A DNA stretch of 64,000 nt from Actinomycetes bacterium (GTDB lineage Bacteria; Actinomycetota; Acidimicrobiia; Acidimicrobiales; Bog-793), in assembly GCA_021809805.1 (NCBI GenBank), contig JAJZKA010000002.1:3907-67906 (forward strand), in the 5' to 3' direction. Below are positions 27,703-38,128 of this stretch, in pieces (the stretch's first letter is position 1; each line of letters starts with the position of its first letter). The position numbers and the translations under genes were made by a program. A model generated the notes under the pieces. It did no database searches. It was not told where the DNA came from and saw nothing but the letters and a program-made list of their open reading frames with translations.

Positions 27703-30054
27703 GTGGACCGGTTGGTCGAGCTCAACGAGACGTTGCCCCTGCTGCCGCTCAGCACCGGCGTCGTCCTTCCCGGAATGGTCCTCACCTTGACCCTTGAGAC
27801 CGATGAGGCGCGCAGCGCCGGCGAGGCGGCGCGCACCGCGGGAGGGCACATGGTCCTTGTCCCCCATGTCGAAGGGCGCTATGCCAAGGTGGGCGTCATC
27901 GCCGAGATCCTCGAGCAAGGCGAGCTGCCTGACGGCCCGCCGGCGATCGTTGTGCGGGGGGTCGGCCGCGGATTGATCGGCGCCGCCGTCCCCTCGACGG
28001 GGTCCGCGCTGTGGATCCAGGTGGAGCCCGTTGCGGTGCAGCCTGCCACCGAGGCGACCACCGAGCTTGCCCGCGAGTACCGGGCAGTGCTGGAGAACGT
28101 ACTGATCGCACGGGGCGCACTGCGGACGGCTGAGCGCTTGCGGGCGATCAACGAGCCCGAGCAGATCGCTGACGTGGCGGGCTACTCGGCTGACCTCAGC
28201 CTGGCGCAAAAGGTCGAGGTCCTTGAGACAATCGATCTCGAAAAACGGCTCCGCCTGGTGCTCGGCTGGGCCCGCGACACCCTCGCTGACCTGGCGCTTC
28301 GCGAGAGGATCAAGACCGACGTCGAAGAGGGCATGGAGAAGGCCCAGCGGGAGTTCCTGTTGCGCCGCCAGCTCGAGGAGATCCGCAAGGAGCTCGGCGA
28401 GCTCGATGGCGTGCCCGAGGACGGCTCGGTCGAGGGCTACCGCGCCCGCCTCGCCGAAAAGGCACTCCCGGACAAGGCCCGCGCCGCGGTGGAGCGCGAG
28501 CTTGCCAAGCTCGAGCGAGCGAGCGAGCAAAATCCCGAGAGCGGGTGGATCCGCGCCTGGTTGGATACCGTGCTCGAGCTGCCTTGGGCCACGAGCTCGC
28601 CGGACCGCCTCGATGTCACCGCCGCCTCGGCGATCCTCGATGAGGACCACGATGGCCTCGCTGACGTGAAAGAGCGCATCCTCGAGCACCTCGCGGTGCG
28701 CAAGCTGCGCAACGAGCGCGGGCTCGTCTCCCTCGGAAGGGGAGCCGGCGCCATCTTGGCGCTGGTGGGTCCGCCAGGTGTCGGCAAGACCTCGCTCGGC
28801 GAGTCGGTAGCCCGTGCCCTCGGCCGCCGCTTCGTGCGCGTCGCCCTGGGCGGGGTGCGCGACGAGGCCGAGATCCGGGGCCACCGGCGCACCTACGTCG
28901 GCGCCCAGCCCGGCCGCATCGTCCGGGCCCTCGCCGAGGCCGGCACGGCAAATCCGGTCGTGCTCCTGGACGAGGTCGACAAGCTCGGCGCGGATTATCG
29001 CGGTGATCCCTCTTCGGCCCTGCTCGAGGTGCTCGATCCGGCACAGAACCACACGTTTCGCGACCACTACCTCGAGCTCGAGCTCGACCTTTCGAATGTG
29101 CTGTTCCTCGCGACGGCGAACGTCATCGACACGATCCCCACTGCGTTGCTCGACCGCATGGAGGTCATCCGCCTTGACGGCTACACCGAAGCGGAGAAGG
29201 TGGCGATCGGGCGCAATCACCTGCTCGCTCGTCAGCGCGACCAGGCCGCTTTGGCCGGCGACGAGCTCCAGGTGAGCGACGAGGCGCTGCGGCGCGTCAT
29301 CGCTGATTACACCCGCGAGGCGGGCGTTCGGAACTTCGAACGCGAGCTCGGGCGGCTCGCCCGCAAGGTGGCCACCCGGCTTGCTTCCGGCTCGCTGAGC
29401 GCTCCGGTGCGCATCGACGCGGACGCGGTCGCCGCCTACCTTGGCCGTCCGCGCTTTTTCTTCGAGGCGGCGGACCGCACCAGCGTCCCCGGCGTGGCGA
29501 CCGGGCTGGCCGTCACCGGTGCTGGCGGGGACGTGCTCTTTGTTGAGGCGACCGTGATGGATGGCCCAGAGGGCCTCACCCTCACGGGACAACTCGGCGA
29601 GGTGATGCGCGAATCTGCCGAGATCGCGCTGTCCTACGTGCGCTCGCACGCGGCAGAGCTCGGGATCGACTCCGGGGCCTTTGTCGGCAGGCGCTTCCAT
29701 CTCCACGTGCCTGCGGGCGCGGTGCCAAAGGACGGTCCTTCTGCTGGGGTAACGATGGCGAGCGCGCTGGTGAGCCTGCTCACCGGCCAGGCGGTGCGCT
29801 CCGAGGTCGGCATGACCGGAGAAGTCACCCTGCAAGGTCGAGTCCTGGCGATCGGTGGCGTGCGACAGAAGGTGCTTGCCGCCCATCGCGCCGGACTGAA
29901 GGTCGTGATCCTGCCGCAACGCAACGGGCCCGATCTCGAGGACGTGCCCGAAGAGGTGCGCAGCCAGCTCGGGGTGCACCTGGCGCAGAACATCGACGAG
30001 GTCCTCGCCGTGGCACTCAGCCCTGCGAATGTCGAGAGTGCCGTGGCGGCCTAA
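27703..30054 (+). CDS. lon: ATP-dependent Lon protease
   Basis: LON N-domain (LPLLPLSTGVVLPGMVLTL), Walker A GPPGVGKTS, and a protease domain with the catalytic Ser in KDGPSAGVTMASALVS. The start is GTG 27703 or TTG 27712 (GGAGG at 27699-27703). Track ORF residues before this are antisense to the ChrB-like gene. Confidence 0.9.
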   Translation: MDRLVELNETLPLLPLSTGVVLPGMVLTLTLETDEARSAGEAARTAGGHMVLVPHVEGRYAKVGVIAEILEQGELPDGPPAIVVRGVGRGLIGAAVPSTGSALWIQVEPVAVQPATEATTELAREYRAVLENVLIARGALRTAERLRAINEPEQIADVAGYSADLSLAQKVEVLETIDLEKRLRLVLGWARDTLADLALRERIKTDVEEGMEKAQREFLLRRQLEEIRKELGELDGVPEDGSVEGYRARLAEKALPDKARAAVERELAKLERASEQNPESGWIRAWLDTVLELPWATSSPDRLDVTAASAILDEDHDGLADVKERILEHLAVRKLRNERGLVSLGRGAGAILALVGPPGVGKTSLGESVARALGRRFVRVALGGVRDEAEIRGHRRTYVGAQPGRIVRALAEAGTANPVVLLDEVDKLGADYRGDPSSALLEVLDPAQNHTFRDHYLELELDLSNVLFLATANVIDTIPTALLDRMEVIRLDGYTEAEKVAIGRNHLLARQRDQAALAGDELQVSDEALRRVIADYTREAGVRNFERELGRLARKVATRLASGSLSAPVRIDADAVAAYLGRPRFFFEAADRTSVPGVATGLAVTGAGGDVLFVEATVMDGPEGLTLTGQLGEVMRESAEIALSYVRSHAAELGIDSGAFVGRRFHLHVPAGAVPKDGPSAGVTMASALVSLLTGQAVRSEVGMTGEVTLQGRVLAIGGVRQKVLAAHRAGLKVVILPQRNGPDLEDVPEEVRSQLGVHLAQNIDEVLAVALSPANVESAVAA

Positions 30055-30097
30055 CGCGCTGCTCGTCAGGCTGACCCGTCGGCATTCGGACGGCGGG

Positions 30098-30913
30098 TCA
30101 GCTCGCGCGCTTGAAGGCTCGCACTGCGAGCGGGGCGAAGACGAGCAAGATGCCGGCGATCCACGCCAGCGACTCGAGGAGGTGAGGGGTGATCGGGCCG
30201 CCGTAGGCGAGGGAGCGCATCACGGCGACCACGAGGGTCACGGGGTTCGGCCGAGCGATGGCCTGCAGCCAGCCAGGCATGGTCGCCACGGGCACGAAGG
30301 CCCCCGAGACGAAGGTGAGGGGGAACAGCCACACCAGCCCGAAGGACTGCACGGCCTCGGGGTCCTTCAATGCAAGGCCAACGAAGGCGGCGATCGTGCA
30401 GATGGCGAGGCCGAAGAGCACCGAGAGCAGGATCATCAAGATCGCGGGTCCTGCTCCGTTGTCGAAGCGGAATCCCACGCCGTAGCCGACCGCGATGAGC
30501 ACCAGGACGACGGCGAGGCTCCGCACAACATCAGAGCTGAGGCGACCTGCGAGCACGGCGAAGCGGGCGGCGGGCATCGAGCGCACCCGATCGATGAGAC
30601 CCCGGCCGAGGTCGTAGGAGAGGCCGATCGCCGTCCCGAAGGACGCGAACGAGGCCGTCTGGGCGATCGCGCCCGGGAGCATGTACTCCGCGTAGTTGAC
30701 CCCGGCAGTATGGATGGCGCCGCCGAACACGTAGCGGAAGAGCAGCACGAACATCACCGGCTGGATCAGCGAGAAGAAGAGCACGGTCGGGATGCGGATC
30801 AGCTGGAGCAGGTACCGGCGGGTCATCACCTGCGCGTCCGCAAGCGCCCATCGGGCGCGTTCGACCACGCCCGGCTCATCGTCGTGGTGCGCGCCAAGCG
30901 TCGTCGTGGTCAT
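30098..30913 (-). CDS. ABC-2 type exporter permease (DrrB-like)
   Basis: A six-TM ABC-2 pattern. The ATG at 30913 overlaps the stop of the ATPase gene (ATGA). Upstream track-ORF residues are out-of-frame shadow. Confidence 0.8.
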   Translation of the reverse strand: MTTTTLGAHHDDEPGVVERARWALADAQVMTRRYLLQLIRIPTVLFFSLIQPVMFVLLFRYVFGGAIHTAGVNYAEYMLPGAIAQTASFASFGTAIGLSYDLGRGLIDRVRSMPAARFAVLAGRLSSDVVRSLAVVLVLIAVGYGVGFRFDNGAGPAILMILLSVLFGLAICTIAAFVGLALKDPEAVQSFGLVWLFPLTFVSGAFVPVATMPGWLQAIARPNPVTLVVAVMRSLAYGGPITPHLLESLAWIAGILLVFAPLAVRAFKRAS

Positions 30914-31944
30914 CGCGTCTCCGATCCAAGGCTCGCCGCCGTCGCCTGGCGCCCGCGCCGCCGCCGCTTGGTTGGCACAGCGGGCGCGTTGGAGGCGGCG
31001 TGTCCGGTGAGGGCCAAGAAGACATCGTCGAGAGAGGGCCGGTTGATCGCGAGGTCGAGCACCTCGACTCGCTCGTTGTCGAGGAGGCGCACCGCCTCGA
31101 GCAAGGCTCGTGAGCCCATCGAACCGACCGGGAGACGCAGCTCGTTCGTCACCGGGTCCTCTTGGGCATCCCCTGCGGCGAGCGGCGCGAGTGCTCGTCG
31201 CGCCCGCTCGAGGTCGGTGGCCGAGGCGAAGGTGCCGGTCAGCACGTCGCCCCCAACGCGGCTCTTCAGCTCTGGGGCAGTGCCCTTGGCGATCACCCGT
31301 CCCTGGTCGATGACGACGATCGAGTCGGCAAGCTGGTCCGCCTCCTCGAGGTATTGGGTCGTCAGCAACAACGTCGTGCCGTCCCGCACCAGATCGCGGA
31401 TCACGCCCCATAGGTCGAGACGGCTGCGCGGGTCGAGGCCCGTCGTTGGCTCGTCGAGGAACAGGACCGAGGGATGCGCGACGAGGCTGGCCGCGAGGTC
31501 GAGGCGTCGCCGCATCCCTCCGGAGTAGCCCTTCGCCAGCCGGCTTGCCGCATCGCTTAACTGGAAGCGCTCGAGCAGCTCTCGCGCGCGGCGCGCGGCC
31601 GTCTGGCGATCGAGGTGGTAGAGGCGGCCCGCCATCTCCAGGTTCTCATAACCGGTGAGGTGATCGTCCACGGCGGAGAACTGACCCGCGAGGCCGATGC
31701 GGCGCCGGACCGCGGCGGCCTGGTGCACGACGTCGTGGCCCTCCACTGCCGCAGTCCCCTCGTCAGGAGGGGTGAGGGTCGTGAGGACTCGCACCAAGGT
31801 GGTCTTGCCGCTCCCGTTCGGGCCGAGCAGACCGAGCACCGAGCCACTGGGGACCTCGAGGTCGAGGCCGTCGAGCGCCACGGTCTCCTCGAAGCGCTTG
31901 ACGATTCCACGAGCGACGATTGCCGGGTGGTCCCCCCTGTCCAT
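30910..31944 (-). CDS. ABC exporter ATP-binding protein (DrrA-like)
   Basis: Walker A GPNGSGKTT, signature YSGGMRRRLDLA and Walker B VLFLDEPTTGLD. Confidence 0.9.
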   Translation of the reverse strand: MDRGDHPAIVARGIVKRFEETVALDGLDLEVPSGSVLGLLGPNGSGKTTLVRVLTTLTPPDEGTAAVEGHDVVHQAAAVRRRIGLAGQFSAVDDHLTGYENLEMAGRLYHLDRQTAARRARELLERFQLSDAASRLAKGYSGGMRRRLDLAASLVAHPSVLFLDEPTTGLDPRSRLDLWGVIRDLVRDGTTLLLTTQYLEEADQLADSIVVIDQGRVIAKGTAPELKSRVGGDVLTGTFASATDLERARRALAPLAAGDAQEDPVTNELRLPVGSMGSRALLEAVRLLDNERVEVLDLAINRPSLDDVFLALTGHAASNAPAVPTKRRRRGRQATAASLGSETR

Positions 31945-31983
31945 GGCGCCTCCTGGCCCCGGATCGACTCCGCCGACGCGACG

Positions 31984-31998
31984 GCGTACGCTGTACGC
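31984..31998. promoter_or_regulatory. Candidate TetR operator: palindrome GCGTAC-GCT-GTACGC in the divergent drrA/tetR intergenic region
   Basis: A perfect 6-3-6 inverted repeat read directly from the sequence. A third GTAC core lies about 20 nt downstream. It sits in the 98-nt divergent promoter region. Confidence 0.3.
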
Positions 31999-32042
31999 AC
32001 CTACCTACCGTACACGAGCGCAGGCGACAAACGGGCAGGAGC

Positions 32043-32759
32043 ATGGAACGAGAGGGCGAGCACGATCGGAGAGGACCGGGCGACCATCCGCGCGCTTCCG
32101 CCGTGCTCTCGCGCGAGCGGATCGCCACGATGGCGCTCGCCCTGCTCGATGACGAGGGCCTCGAGACGTTCTCGATGCGCCGCCTCGCCCGACGCCTTGG
32201 CGTCGGCGTGATGTCGCTCTATCGCTACTACCCGAGCAAGGACGAGCTGTTCTCCGAGCTCGCCCGCCAGGTGTTCGGTGCGGCGCCGGCCGAGCCGGCA
32301 CCGGGCGAGACCTGGCGCGAGTGCCTCGTCGGCCTGGCGGTGTCGTTCCGGCGTCTCCTGCTCGCGCATCCCAATGCCCTGCCGCTGCTGTTCAAGCACG
32401 GCGGTGTCCCCCTGCGCGGGCGACCCGCGATCGAGGCGATGCGCCAAGCGCTGAAGGATGCGGGTCTGAGCGAGCCGGAGGCCGCGGACGCCTGGCGCGC
32501 GATCGGCGCCTACCTCGTCGGCTACGTGACCGTGGAGCGCATGACGCGCAGCGGCGCTTCAGGTGGTGCGACCCCCCCGCCCGAGCGGGACTTCCCGGCG
32601 CTCGCAAGGATCGCGCCGTACCTTAAGGACTCCTGGGATGCGCAGTTCGTGGCATCGCTAATGGTAGTGCTCGACGGCGTCACGCGGCTCGCTGAGGCCG
32701 GCCCTTGTAGGCCGCCGGTCACAGCCAGTGGAACCAAGGGTGCCCGTTCCGCCAGATGA
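32043..32759 (+). CDS. TetR/AcrR family transcriptional regulator
   Basis: HTH region FSMRRLARRLGVGVMSLYRYYPSKDELF. It is divergent from the ABC exporter genes. The 3' end overlaps lepB convergently by 41 nt. Confidence 0.9.
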   Translation: MEREGEHDRRGPGDHPRASAVLSRERIATMALALLDDEGLETFSMRRLARRLGVGVMSLYRYYPSKDELFSELARQVFGAAPAEPAPGETWRECLVGLAVSFRRLLLAHPNALPLLFKHGGVPLRGRPAIEAMRQALKDAGLSEPEAADAWRAIGAYLVGYVTVERMTRSGASGGATPPPERDFPALARIAPYLKDSWDAQFVASLMVVLDGVTRLAEAGPCRPPVTASGTKGARSAR

Positions 32760-33366
32760 CGAGGAAGACCTTGCCGACGACGTAGCTCGCCGGGACGAGG
32801 CCCCAGTAGCGGCTGTCGTAGGAGATCTGCCGGCAGTCGCCCATGACGAAGTAGTGGGCGGCCGGGATGACCGTGCGCTTGATGTTCCAATTCCGCTGCG
32901 CGCACGCCTGATGCCCCGGCTCGGAGTAGACGCCGTTCAGATTCGGCAAGAACGGCTCTTTGAGTACCTTGCCGTTCACGTAGATGGTGTGCCCCTTGGA
33001 CCAGATCGTCTCGCCTGGAAGGCCGATCACGCGCTTCACGAGGTCCGAGTCCTGGAGCATCGGGTCGGAGGGCACCCGTCGGAACACGATGACATCACCG
33101 CGGTGGATGTTGTCGCGCACCCATGGCAGCTTGTCGACGAGGATGCGGTCGCCCGTGATGAGGGTCGGAGTCATCGAGCCGGAAGGGACATAGAAGGTCT
33201 CGATGGCAAACGTGCGCACCAAGAACGCGATCAGGGCGGCGACAAAAAGCACCCCGAACCATTCGAACCATCGGTTCGAGTGTCTGCGGCGATGGACGGC
33301 TCGGCGGGCCGGTCGCTCGTCCATCAGTACCGGCGCGGCCTGATGCGCATCGCCCTCATCCGCCAT
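32719..33366 (-). CDS. lepB: Signal peptidase I
   Basis: An N-terminal TM helix, then YVPSGSMTPTLITGDRILVDK (catalytic Ser box), GDVIVFR, VKRVIGLPGE and GDCRQISYDSRYWG. Start at the ATG at 33366. Confidence 0.9.
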   Translation of the reverse strand: MADEGDAHQAAPVLMDERPARRAVHRRRHSNRWFEWFGVLFVAALIAFLVRTFAIETFYVPSGSMTPTLITGDRILVDKLPWVRDNIHRGDVIVFRRVPSDPMLQDSDLVKRVIGLPGETIWSKGHTIYVNGKVLKEPFLPNLNGVYSEPGHQACAQRNWNIKRTVIPAAHYFVMGDCRQISYDSRYWGLVPASYVVGKVFLVIWRNGHPWFHWL

Positions 33367-33464
33367 GGTCACCCGGGCAGCGTACAGGTGCCCGCGTAGA
33401 CTGGACAGGTCGCCACGCGGCATCACGGTGCGGCCGCGCGCGACGAGACCGAAGGGGGCAGCGT

Positions 33465-34421
33465 GTGATCCTCGTCTGCGGGGAGGCATTGGTCGATCTC
33501 GTGGAGGTCCCGGGAGGATCCGGGGCGCCGATGCTGCGCTCGCTCCCCGGTGGGAGTCCTGCCAATGCTGCGGTGGCGCTCGCCCGGCTGGGTGAGGACG
33601 TCGCGCTGTGCACGCGCCTCGGTGAAGATGCCTGTGGGGATCTCGTCCGCCAGTATCTCGAACGCAACGGCGTCGACCTGTCCTATGTCGTGACGGCGGC
33701 CGAGCCGACGACGCTGGCGCTGGTGAGCCTCTCGAGCGGTGGGGACGCGCGCTACAGCTTCTACTTCGACGCGACGGCGGGCGCTTGCTGGCAGCCAGGC
33801 GACGTGCCCGCACCGTCCGCTTCCTTCGAGGCCGTTCACCTCGGCTCGATGGCGCTCGCCTCTCTTGCCGGCCGGCGGGTCCTCGGTGACTTCGTGGCGT
33901 CCCTTGGCGAGCAGGTGACGATCTCGCTCGACCCGAACGTACGCCTCAACGTCGTCGCCGACCCGTCGCAGTACCGGGCGGACCTCGAGCGCCTCGTCGG
34001 ACGTGCCGATCTCATCCGCGTGAGCGGCGATGACCTCGAGCTGCTCTACCCCGACCGGCCGGTCGAAGCCTCCGGCGCAGCGTGGGCGGGTCTCGGGTCC
34101 CGGCTGCTGGTGGTGTCCCGGGGTGCGGCCGGACCCCTCGTTTTTTTCAGGGACGAGTGCTTTTCCGTTTCCAGCCCGGTCATCGAGGTGGTGGACACCG
34201 TCGGTGCCGGCGACACCTATTCGGCGGCGCTGCTGCACTGCTTTGCGCAGGCAGGGCTGCTTGCCGAGCGTCTCGCCGGCGCTGACCGCCAAGACCTCGA
34301 CACGGCGCTCGCGTATGCCGCGGCGGCTGCCAGCATCACTTGCGAGCGACAGGGCGCGGACCCGCCGACGGCCGCCGAGGTGGCCGCTCGCCTCGCTTTA
34401 CCGCCCGAGTCCGGATCATGA
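33465..34421 (+). CDS. PfkB-family carbohydrate kinase (fructokinase-like)
   Basis: MILVCGEALVDL, GGSPANAAVALARLG, and DTVGAGDTYSAALL (the ATP/anion-hole motif). Confidence 0.85.
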   Translation: MILVCGEALVDLVEVPGGSGAPMLRSLPGGSPANAAVALARLGEDVALCTRLGEDACGDLVRQYLERNGVDLSYVVTAAEPTTLALVSLSSGGDARYSFYFDATAGACWQPGDVPAPSASFEAVHLGSMALASLAGRRVLGDFVASLGEQVTISLDPNVRLNVVADPSQYRADLERLVGRADLIRVSGDDLELLYPDRPVEASGAAWAGLGSRLLVVSRGAAGPLVFFRDECFSVSSPVIEVVDTVGAGDTYSAALLHCFAQAGLLAERLAGADRQDLDTALAYAAAAASITCERQGADPPTAAEVAARLALPPESGS

Positions 34422-34444
34422 CAGGCGGGGAGTAAGGTCGCCTT

Positions 34445-35017
34445 ATGGCCGATCCGGCACGCTTTGCGGACGACGCGATGGAGTACATGCCGTCGCTCTA
34501 TAGCGCCGCCATGCGGATGACGAGGAACCCTGCAGACGCCGAGGATCTCCTGCAGGAGACCTATCTCAAGGCGTATCGCGCGTATGGACGCTTTGAGCAG
34601 GGCACCAATCTCAAAGCATGGCTGTACCGCATCTTGACCAATACCTACATCAATGCCTACCGGGCGCGACGGCGCCGGCCCGAGGAGAGCGACGTCGAGA
34701 ACGTTGAGGACCTCTACCTCTATCGGCGGCTCGGTGCCGCGGGCGGCTCCGCGGATGGGCGCAGCGCCGAGGAGGAGGTGCTCGATCGTTTTACCGATGA
34801 TGAGGTGAAGGCGGCGATCGAGTCGCTGCCCGAGGTATTCCGGATCGCCGTGCTTCTCGCCGACGTCGAGGGCTTCTCCTACAAAGAGATCGCCGACATC
34901 ACCCAGGTGCCAATCGGCACCGTGATGAGTCGGATCCACCGGGGAAGGAGAGCGCTCCAAAAAGCGTTGGGGGAGTACGGGCTCCAGCGGGGCCTCGTGG
35001 AGGCAGCTCCACGATGA
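34445..35017 (+). CDS. sigH: ECF sigma factor, SigH/SigR type
   Basis: Region 2 ([40 protein letters not shown]) and region 4 ([25 protein letters not shown]). A ZAS anti-sigma gene follows. Confidence 0.85.
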   Translation: MADPARFADDAMEYMPSLYSAAMRMTRNPADAEDLLQETYLKAYRAYGRFEQGTNLKAWLYRILTNTYINAYRARRRRPEESDVENVEDLYLYRRLGAAGGSADGRSAEEEVLDRFTDDEVKAAIESLPEVFRIAVLLADVEGFSYKEIADITQVPIGTVMSRIHRGRRALQKALGEYGLQRGLVEAAPR

Positions 35018-35027
35018 TCTGGCGGAG

Positions 35028-35354
35028 ATGGGAGACGAGATGAACGACCGAGGCGGTGCCAACGGCCCGGTCGGCAGCTGGTGTGGGAGCCAGGGCGCTG
35101 CGCAAGACGGCGACGTCGCCAACTGCGAAGAGACGATCCACCGCCTCTACTTCTTCTTGGACGGCGAGCTGACCGAGGACCGTCGTAGTGCGATCTCAAA
35201 GCACCTTGACCACTGCGGTGACTGCCTCGACGCGGTCGACTTCGAGGCCGAGCTGCGGCGTGTGATTGCCGACCGCTGTCGAGATCGCGTCCCTGAGCAG
35301 CTGCGCGACCGAATCGCGACGGCCCTACGCAACGAGCAGGAGCAGCGCGCCTGA
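35028..35354 (+). CDS. rsrA: Zinc-binding anti-sigma factor (ZAS; RsrA/RshA type)
   Basis: The HxxxCxxC motif HLDHCGDC plus an upstream Cys (NCEETIHRLYFFLDGEL). It lies immediately after the ECF sigma gene. An alternative ATG is at 35040. Confidence 0.85.
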   Translation: MGDEMNDRGGANGPVGSWCGSQGAAQDGDVANCEETIHRLYFFLDGELTEDRRSAISKHLDHCGDCLDAVDFEAELRRVIADRCRDRVPEQLRDRIATALRNEQEQRA

Positions 35355-35382
35355 CCGGATCCAGGTGAGACCCTAGGCTGAG

Positions 35383-36474
35383 GTGATGAACGAGCAGGTA
35401 GCGCCAGAGATTGTGGCCTGGGATGTCGCGTTGCGCGTCGCCCGTCAGACCTTGCGCCTGGCCTCCGCCCCCCCAGTGACCGAGCGCGAGCTCGCTGCAC
35501 TTCGCCGGGATTTCGACGCCGCGACGGCCCGGGCCGAACAGCTGGTCGAGCAGGCCACCGGGCTGCACCCGACGGTTGGCCCAGCACGCAGTCTGGTCAC
35601 CGACCGCGCCGGCTGGGTGGAGGCGAACCTCGCCTCTTTCCGCCGCCTCCTGCGCCCGGTCGCGCGCCGCCTCGCTGCCAGCCCGAAGGCCCGCCGGGCG
35701 CTCAATCCTTTGAGCCGCGCTGCGGCGGGAGCCGAGGTCGGGGTCCTGCTCGCGTGGATGGCAGGGCGCGTGCTCGGGCAGTATGACCTCCTGCCGGTCG
35801 AGGGCTCCGAGCTTGATGCCGTCTACTTCGTCGGTCCGAACATCCTCGAGCTCGAGCGGCGCCACGGCTTTGCTCCCGAAGAGTTCCGGCTGTGGATTGC
35901 TTTGCACGAGGTGACGCACCGGGTGCAGTTCACCGGTGTTCCTTGGATGCGCGATTACTTCCTCGATCTCGTCGAGCGAGGCAGCGCGCTCGGCACGCCC
36001 GATGCCCAGGCGCTGCTGAGCAGCCTGCGGCGCGCCGCCGGCGAGATCCGCGAAGGCCGCAACCCGCTCGCCGAGGCGGGCATCGTCGGGCTGCTCGCGT
36101 CCTCCGAGCAGCTCGCAACCTTGCGCGAGGCTCAGGCACTGATGAGCCTGCTCGAAGGCCACGGCGATGTCGTCATGTCGAGTGCGGCGCGTGCCGAGGT
36201 CCCTTCGGCCGAGCATTTCGCGGAGGTGCTCCACCGCCGCCGCAGCGAGGTCGGTCCGGTGGCCCGGATGGCGCGCCAGGCGGTCGGGCTCGAGGGCAAG
36301 CTGCGCCAGTATGCGGAGGGGGAGCGCTTCGTCGGCCACGTGCTCCAGGCCGGTGGCGACGAGCTGTTTTCCCAGGTCTGGGGTTCTCCGGAGCTGTTGC
36401 CGAGCATGGAGGAGATCCGCGAGCCCGAGCGCTGGGTCGAGCGGGTCGGGGGACGCGCCGCGACCCCTGCGTGA
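35383..36474 (+). CDS. Zinc-dependent metalloprotease-like protein (DUF2342 family)
   Basis: The HExxH motif in WIALHEVTHRVQFTGVPWMRDYF. It sits upstream of tilS-hpt, as in many actinobacteria. Confidence 0.75.
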   Translation: MMNEQVAPEIVAWDVALRVARQTLRLASAPPVTERELAALRRDFDAATARAEQLVEQATGLHPTVGPARSLVTDRAGWVEANLASFRRLLRPVARRLAASPKARRALNPLSRAAAGAEVGVLLAWMAGRVLGQYDLLPVEGSELDAVYFVGPNILELERRHGFAPEEFRLWIALHEVTHRVQFTGVPWMRDYFLDLVERGSALGTPDAQALLSSLRRAAGEIREGRNPLAEAGIVGLLASSEQLATLREAQALMSLLEGHGDVVMSSAARAEVPSAEHFAEVLHRRRSEVGPVARMARQAVGLEGKLRQYAEGERFVGHVLQAGGDELFSQVWGSPELLPSMEEIREPERWVERVGGRAATPA

Positions 36475-37373
36475 GGGTGCCCCGTCCGCTGCTTCCCCCG
36501 CTCGCCGCCGAGCTCTTGGCGCGCTGTCGCTTCCCGCCACGCGGTACTGCGATCTCTTGTGCGGTCTCTGGCGGTCCAGACTCCCTCGCGCTGCTCTCCC
36601 TGGCGGTCGCGTCCGGGTGCGATGTGACGGCGTTCCATGTCGACCACGGACTTCGACCCGGCTCAAGGGACGAGGCGCGCATTGTTGCCGCGCAGGCCGC
36701 CGAACTCGGCGCGGCCTTCGTCGCTCGCTCCGCCCGGTGCTCGCCGGGCCCCAATCTCGAGGCGCGGGCGCGTGCGGCGCGCTTTGGTGCGCTGCCTGGC
36801 GACGTCGCGACCGGACACACGGCCGATGATCAGGCCGAGACCATCGTGTTGAACCTGCTGCGCGGCTCGGGCATCGACGGTCTGTGCGGGATGACCCCCG
36901 GGCCGCGACATCCCATCCTCGGCCTTCGCCGCGCCGAGACCGAGCGGCTTGCGACGTCGCTCGGGTTGCCGATCGTTCGGGATCCGACCAACGCCGCGCC
37001 CGAGCACCGCCGCAATCGGATCCGGGCCGAGGTCCTGCCGCTGTTGTGCGAGATCGCCCAACGCGACATCGTCGGCGTCCTCGCCCGCCAGGCGGGCCTT
37101 CTCGCCGGGGAGCGGGCGTTGCTCGACCACCTTGCCACGCAGATCGACGTCAGCTCCGCACCGGCGCTCGCCCAGGCGGACCCTGCGCTGGCTCGCCGCG
37201 CCCTGCGTCGATATCTACGCGACGAACTCGAGCTTGAGCACCCACTCGAGCTCGCCGCGATCGAGCGGGCGCTGTCGGTGGCGCGTGGTGAGGTGGCGGC
37301 GTGCGAGCTGCCCGGTGGTGCTCGCTTGTCGCGCTCGCATGGCCGGCTGCGCCTCGAGCGCTACGGTCGTTGA
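36471..37373 (+). CDS. tilS: tRNA(Ile)-lysidine synthetase
   Basis: PP-loop SGGPDSLAL, and GHTADDQAETIVLNLLRGSG. The GTG at 36471 overlaps the upstream stop (GTGA). Confidence 0.9.
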   Translation: MRVPRPLLPPLAAELLARCRFPPRGTAISCAVSGGPDSLALLSLAVASGCDVTAFHVDHGLRPGSRDEARIVAAQAAELGAAFVARSARCSPGPNLEARARAARFGALPGDVATGHTADDQAETIVLNLLRGSGIDGLCGMTPGPRHPILGLRRAETERLATSLGLPIVRDPTNAAPEHRRNRIRAEVLPLLCEIAQRDIVGVLARQAGLLAGERALLDHLATQIDVSSAPALAQADPALARRALRRYLRDELELEHPLELAAIERALSVARGEVAACELPGGARLSRSHGRLRLERYGR

Positions 37374-37484
37374 GGCCTGGCCCGACTGTGCCGTCGGGCG
37401 CGGCGCCCGACGCCTGTCCCGAACGGGCACGCGGTCCCGGGGCGGCCGAGGCTTGAAACAACCTCAACCTGTAAGGTCGTCGCG

Positions 37485-38072
37485 ATGAGCGCAGCCGACG
37501 GCTCGGACCGACCCGATCTCTCTCGGGGCGGTCCCTCGGGGATGACGCCCGGTGAGGTCGTCATCTCCGAAGAGGAGATTCAGCGTCGAGTTGCGGAGCT
37601 GGGCCAGGCGATCACCACGGACTACGCCGGTCGCCATCCGCTGTTGATCGGTGTCCTAAAGGGTGCGTTCGTCTTCATGGCCGATCTCGCCCGAGCGATC
37701 GCGTTGCCACTCGAGATCGACTTCATGGCGGTGTCTTCTTATGGCGCGGCCACCAAGACGAGCGGCATCGTCCGAATCGTGAAGGACCTCGACGCCGATC
37801 TGACCGACCGACACGTGCTCATCGTCGAGGACATCGTCGACAGCGGGCTCACGCTCTCTTATCTGCGCAAGGGCCTCCTCGCGCGCGGACCGGCCTCGCT
37901 CGAGGTGTGCTCGTTGCTCATGAAAAAGGGCCAGCAGCGCGTGAACTTGGAGATTCCCTACGTCGGCTTCGAGATTCCGCCCGACTTCGTCGCCGGTTAC
38001 GGGCTCGACGTCGCCGAGCGCTATCGGAACCTGCGCGGCATCCATCTCGTCGACGGCGTGGAGGAATCCTGA
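37485..38072 (+). CDS. hpt: Hypoxanthine-guanine phosphoribosyltransferase
   Basis: The PRPP-binding motif [14 protein letters not shown], and the typical C-terminus YRNLRGI. Confidence 0.95.
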   Translation: MSAADGSDRPDLSRGGPSGMTPGEVVISEEEIQRRVAELGQAITTDYAGRHPLLIGVLKGAFVFMADLARAIALPLEIDFMAVSSYGAATKTSGIVRIVKDLDADLTDRHVLIVEDIVDSGLTLSYLRKGLLARGPASLEVCSLLMKKGQQRVNLEIPYVGFEIPPDFVAGYGLDVAERYRNLRGIHLVDGVEES

Positions 38073-38128
38073 ACCGCGACGATCCTTCCCTGGCTCACGC
38101 AGTCGATCTCGATGCCGCGGCACGCGCC

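Noticed and set aside
27019-29979. A 986-aa minus-strand ORF, plus similar very long ORFs at 10142-11941 (+), 24267-25850 (+), 38021-39370 (-), 40637-42331 (-), 44576-45703 (-), 60355-61587 (+) and 43174-44589 (-).
   Set aside because: These are antisense or out-of-frame shadows of clearly identified genes (lon, hemE, the ABC permease, folP/folE, folK/coaX, clpC, groEL, the polyprenyl synthase). Their translations are Arg/Gly/Pro/Asp-rich with no family motifs. Open shadow frames are expected at this GC content. Only the last 191 codons of 27019-29979 (the ChrB-like protein) are real.
37393-37411. The palindrome GTCGGGCGC-G-GCGCCCGAC after tilS, considered as a terminator or operator.
   Set aside because: A 1-nt loop is sterically impossible. 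A shorter stem would be weak, and there is no U tract. I cannot distinguish it from chance GC-rich self-complementarity, so I have not reported it as a feature.
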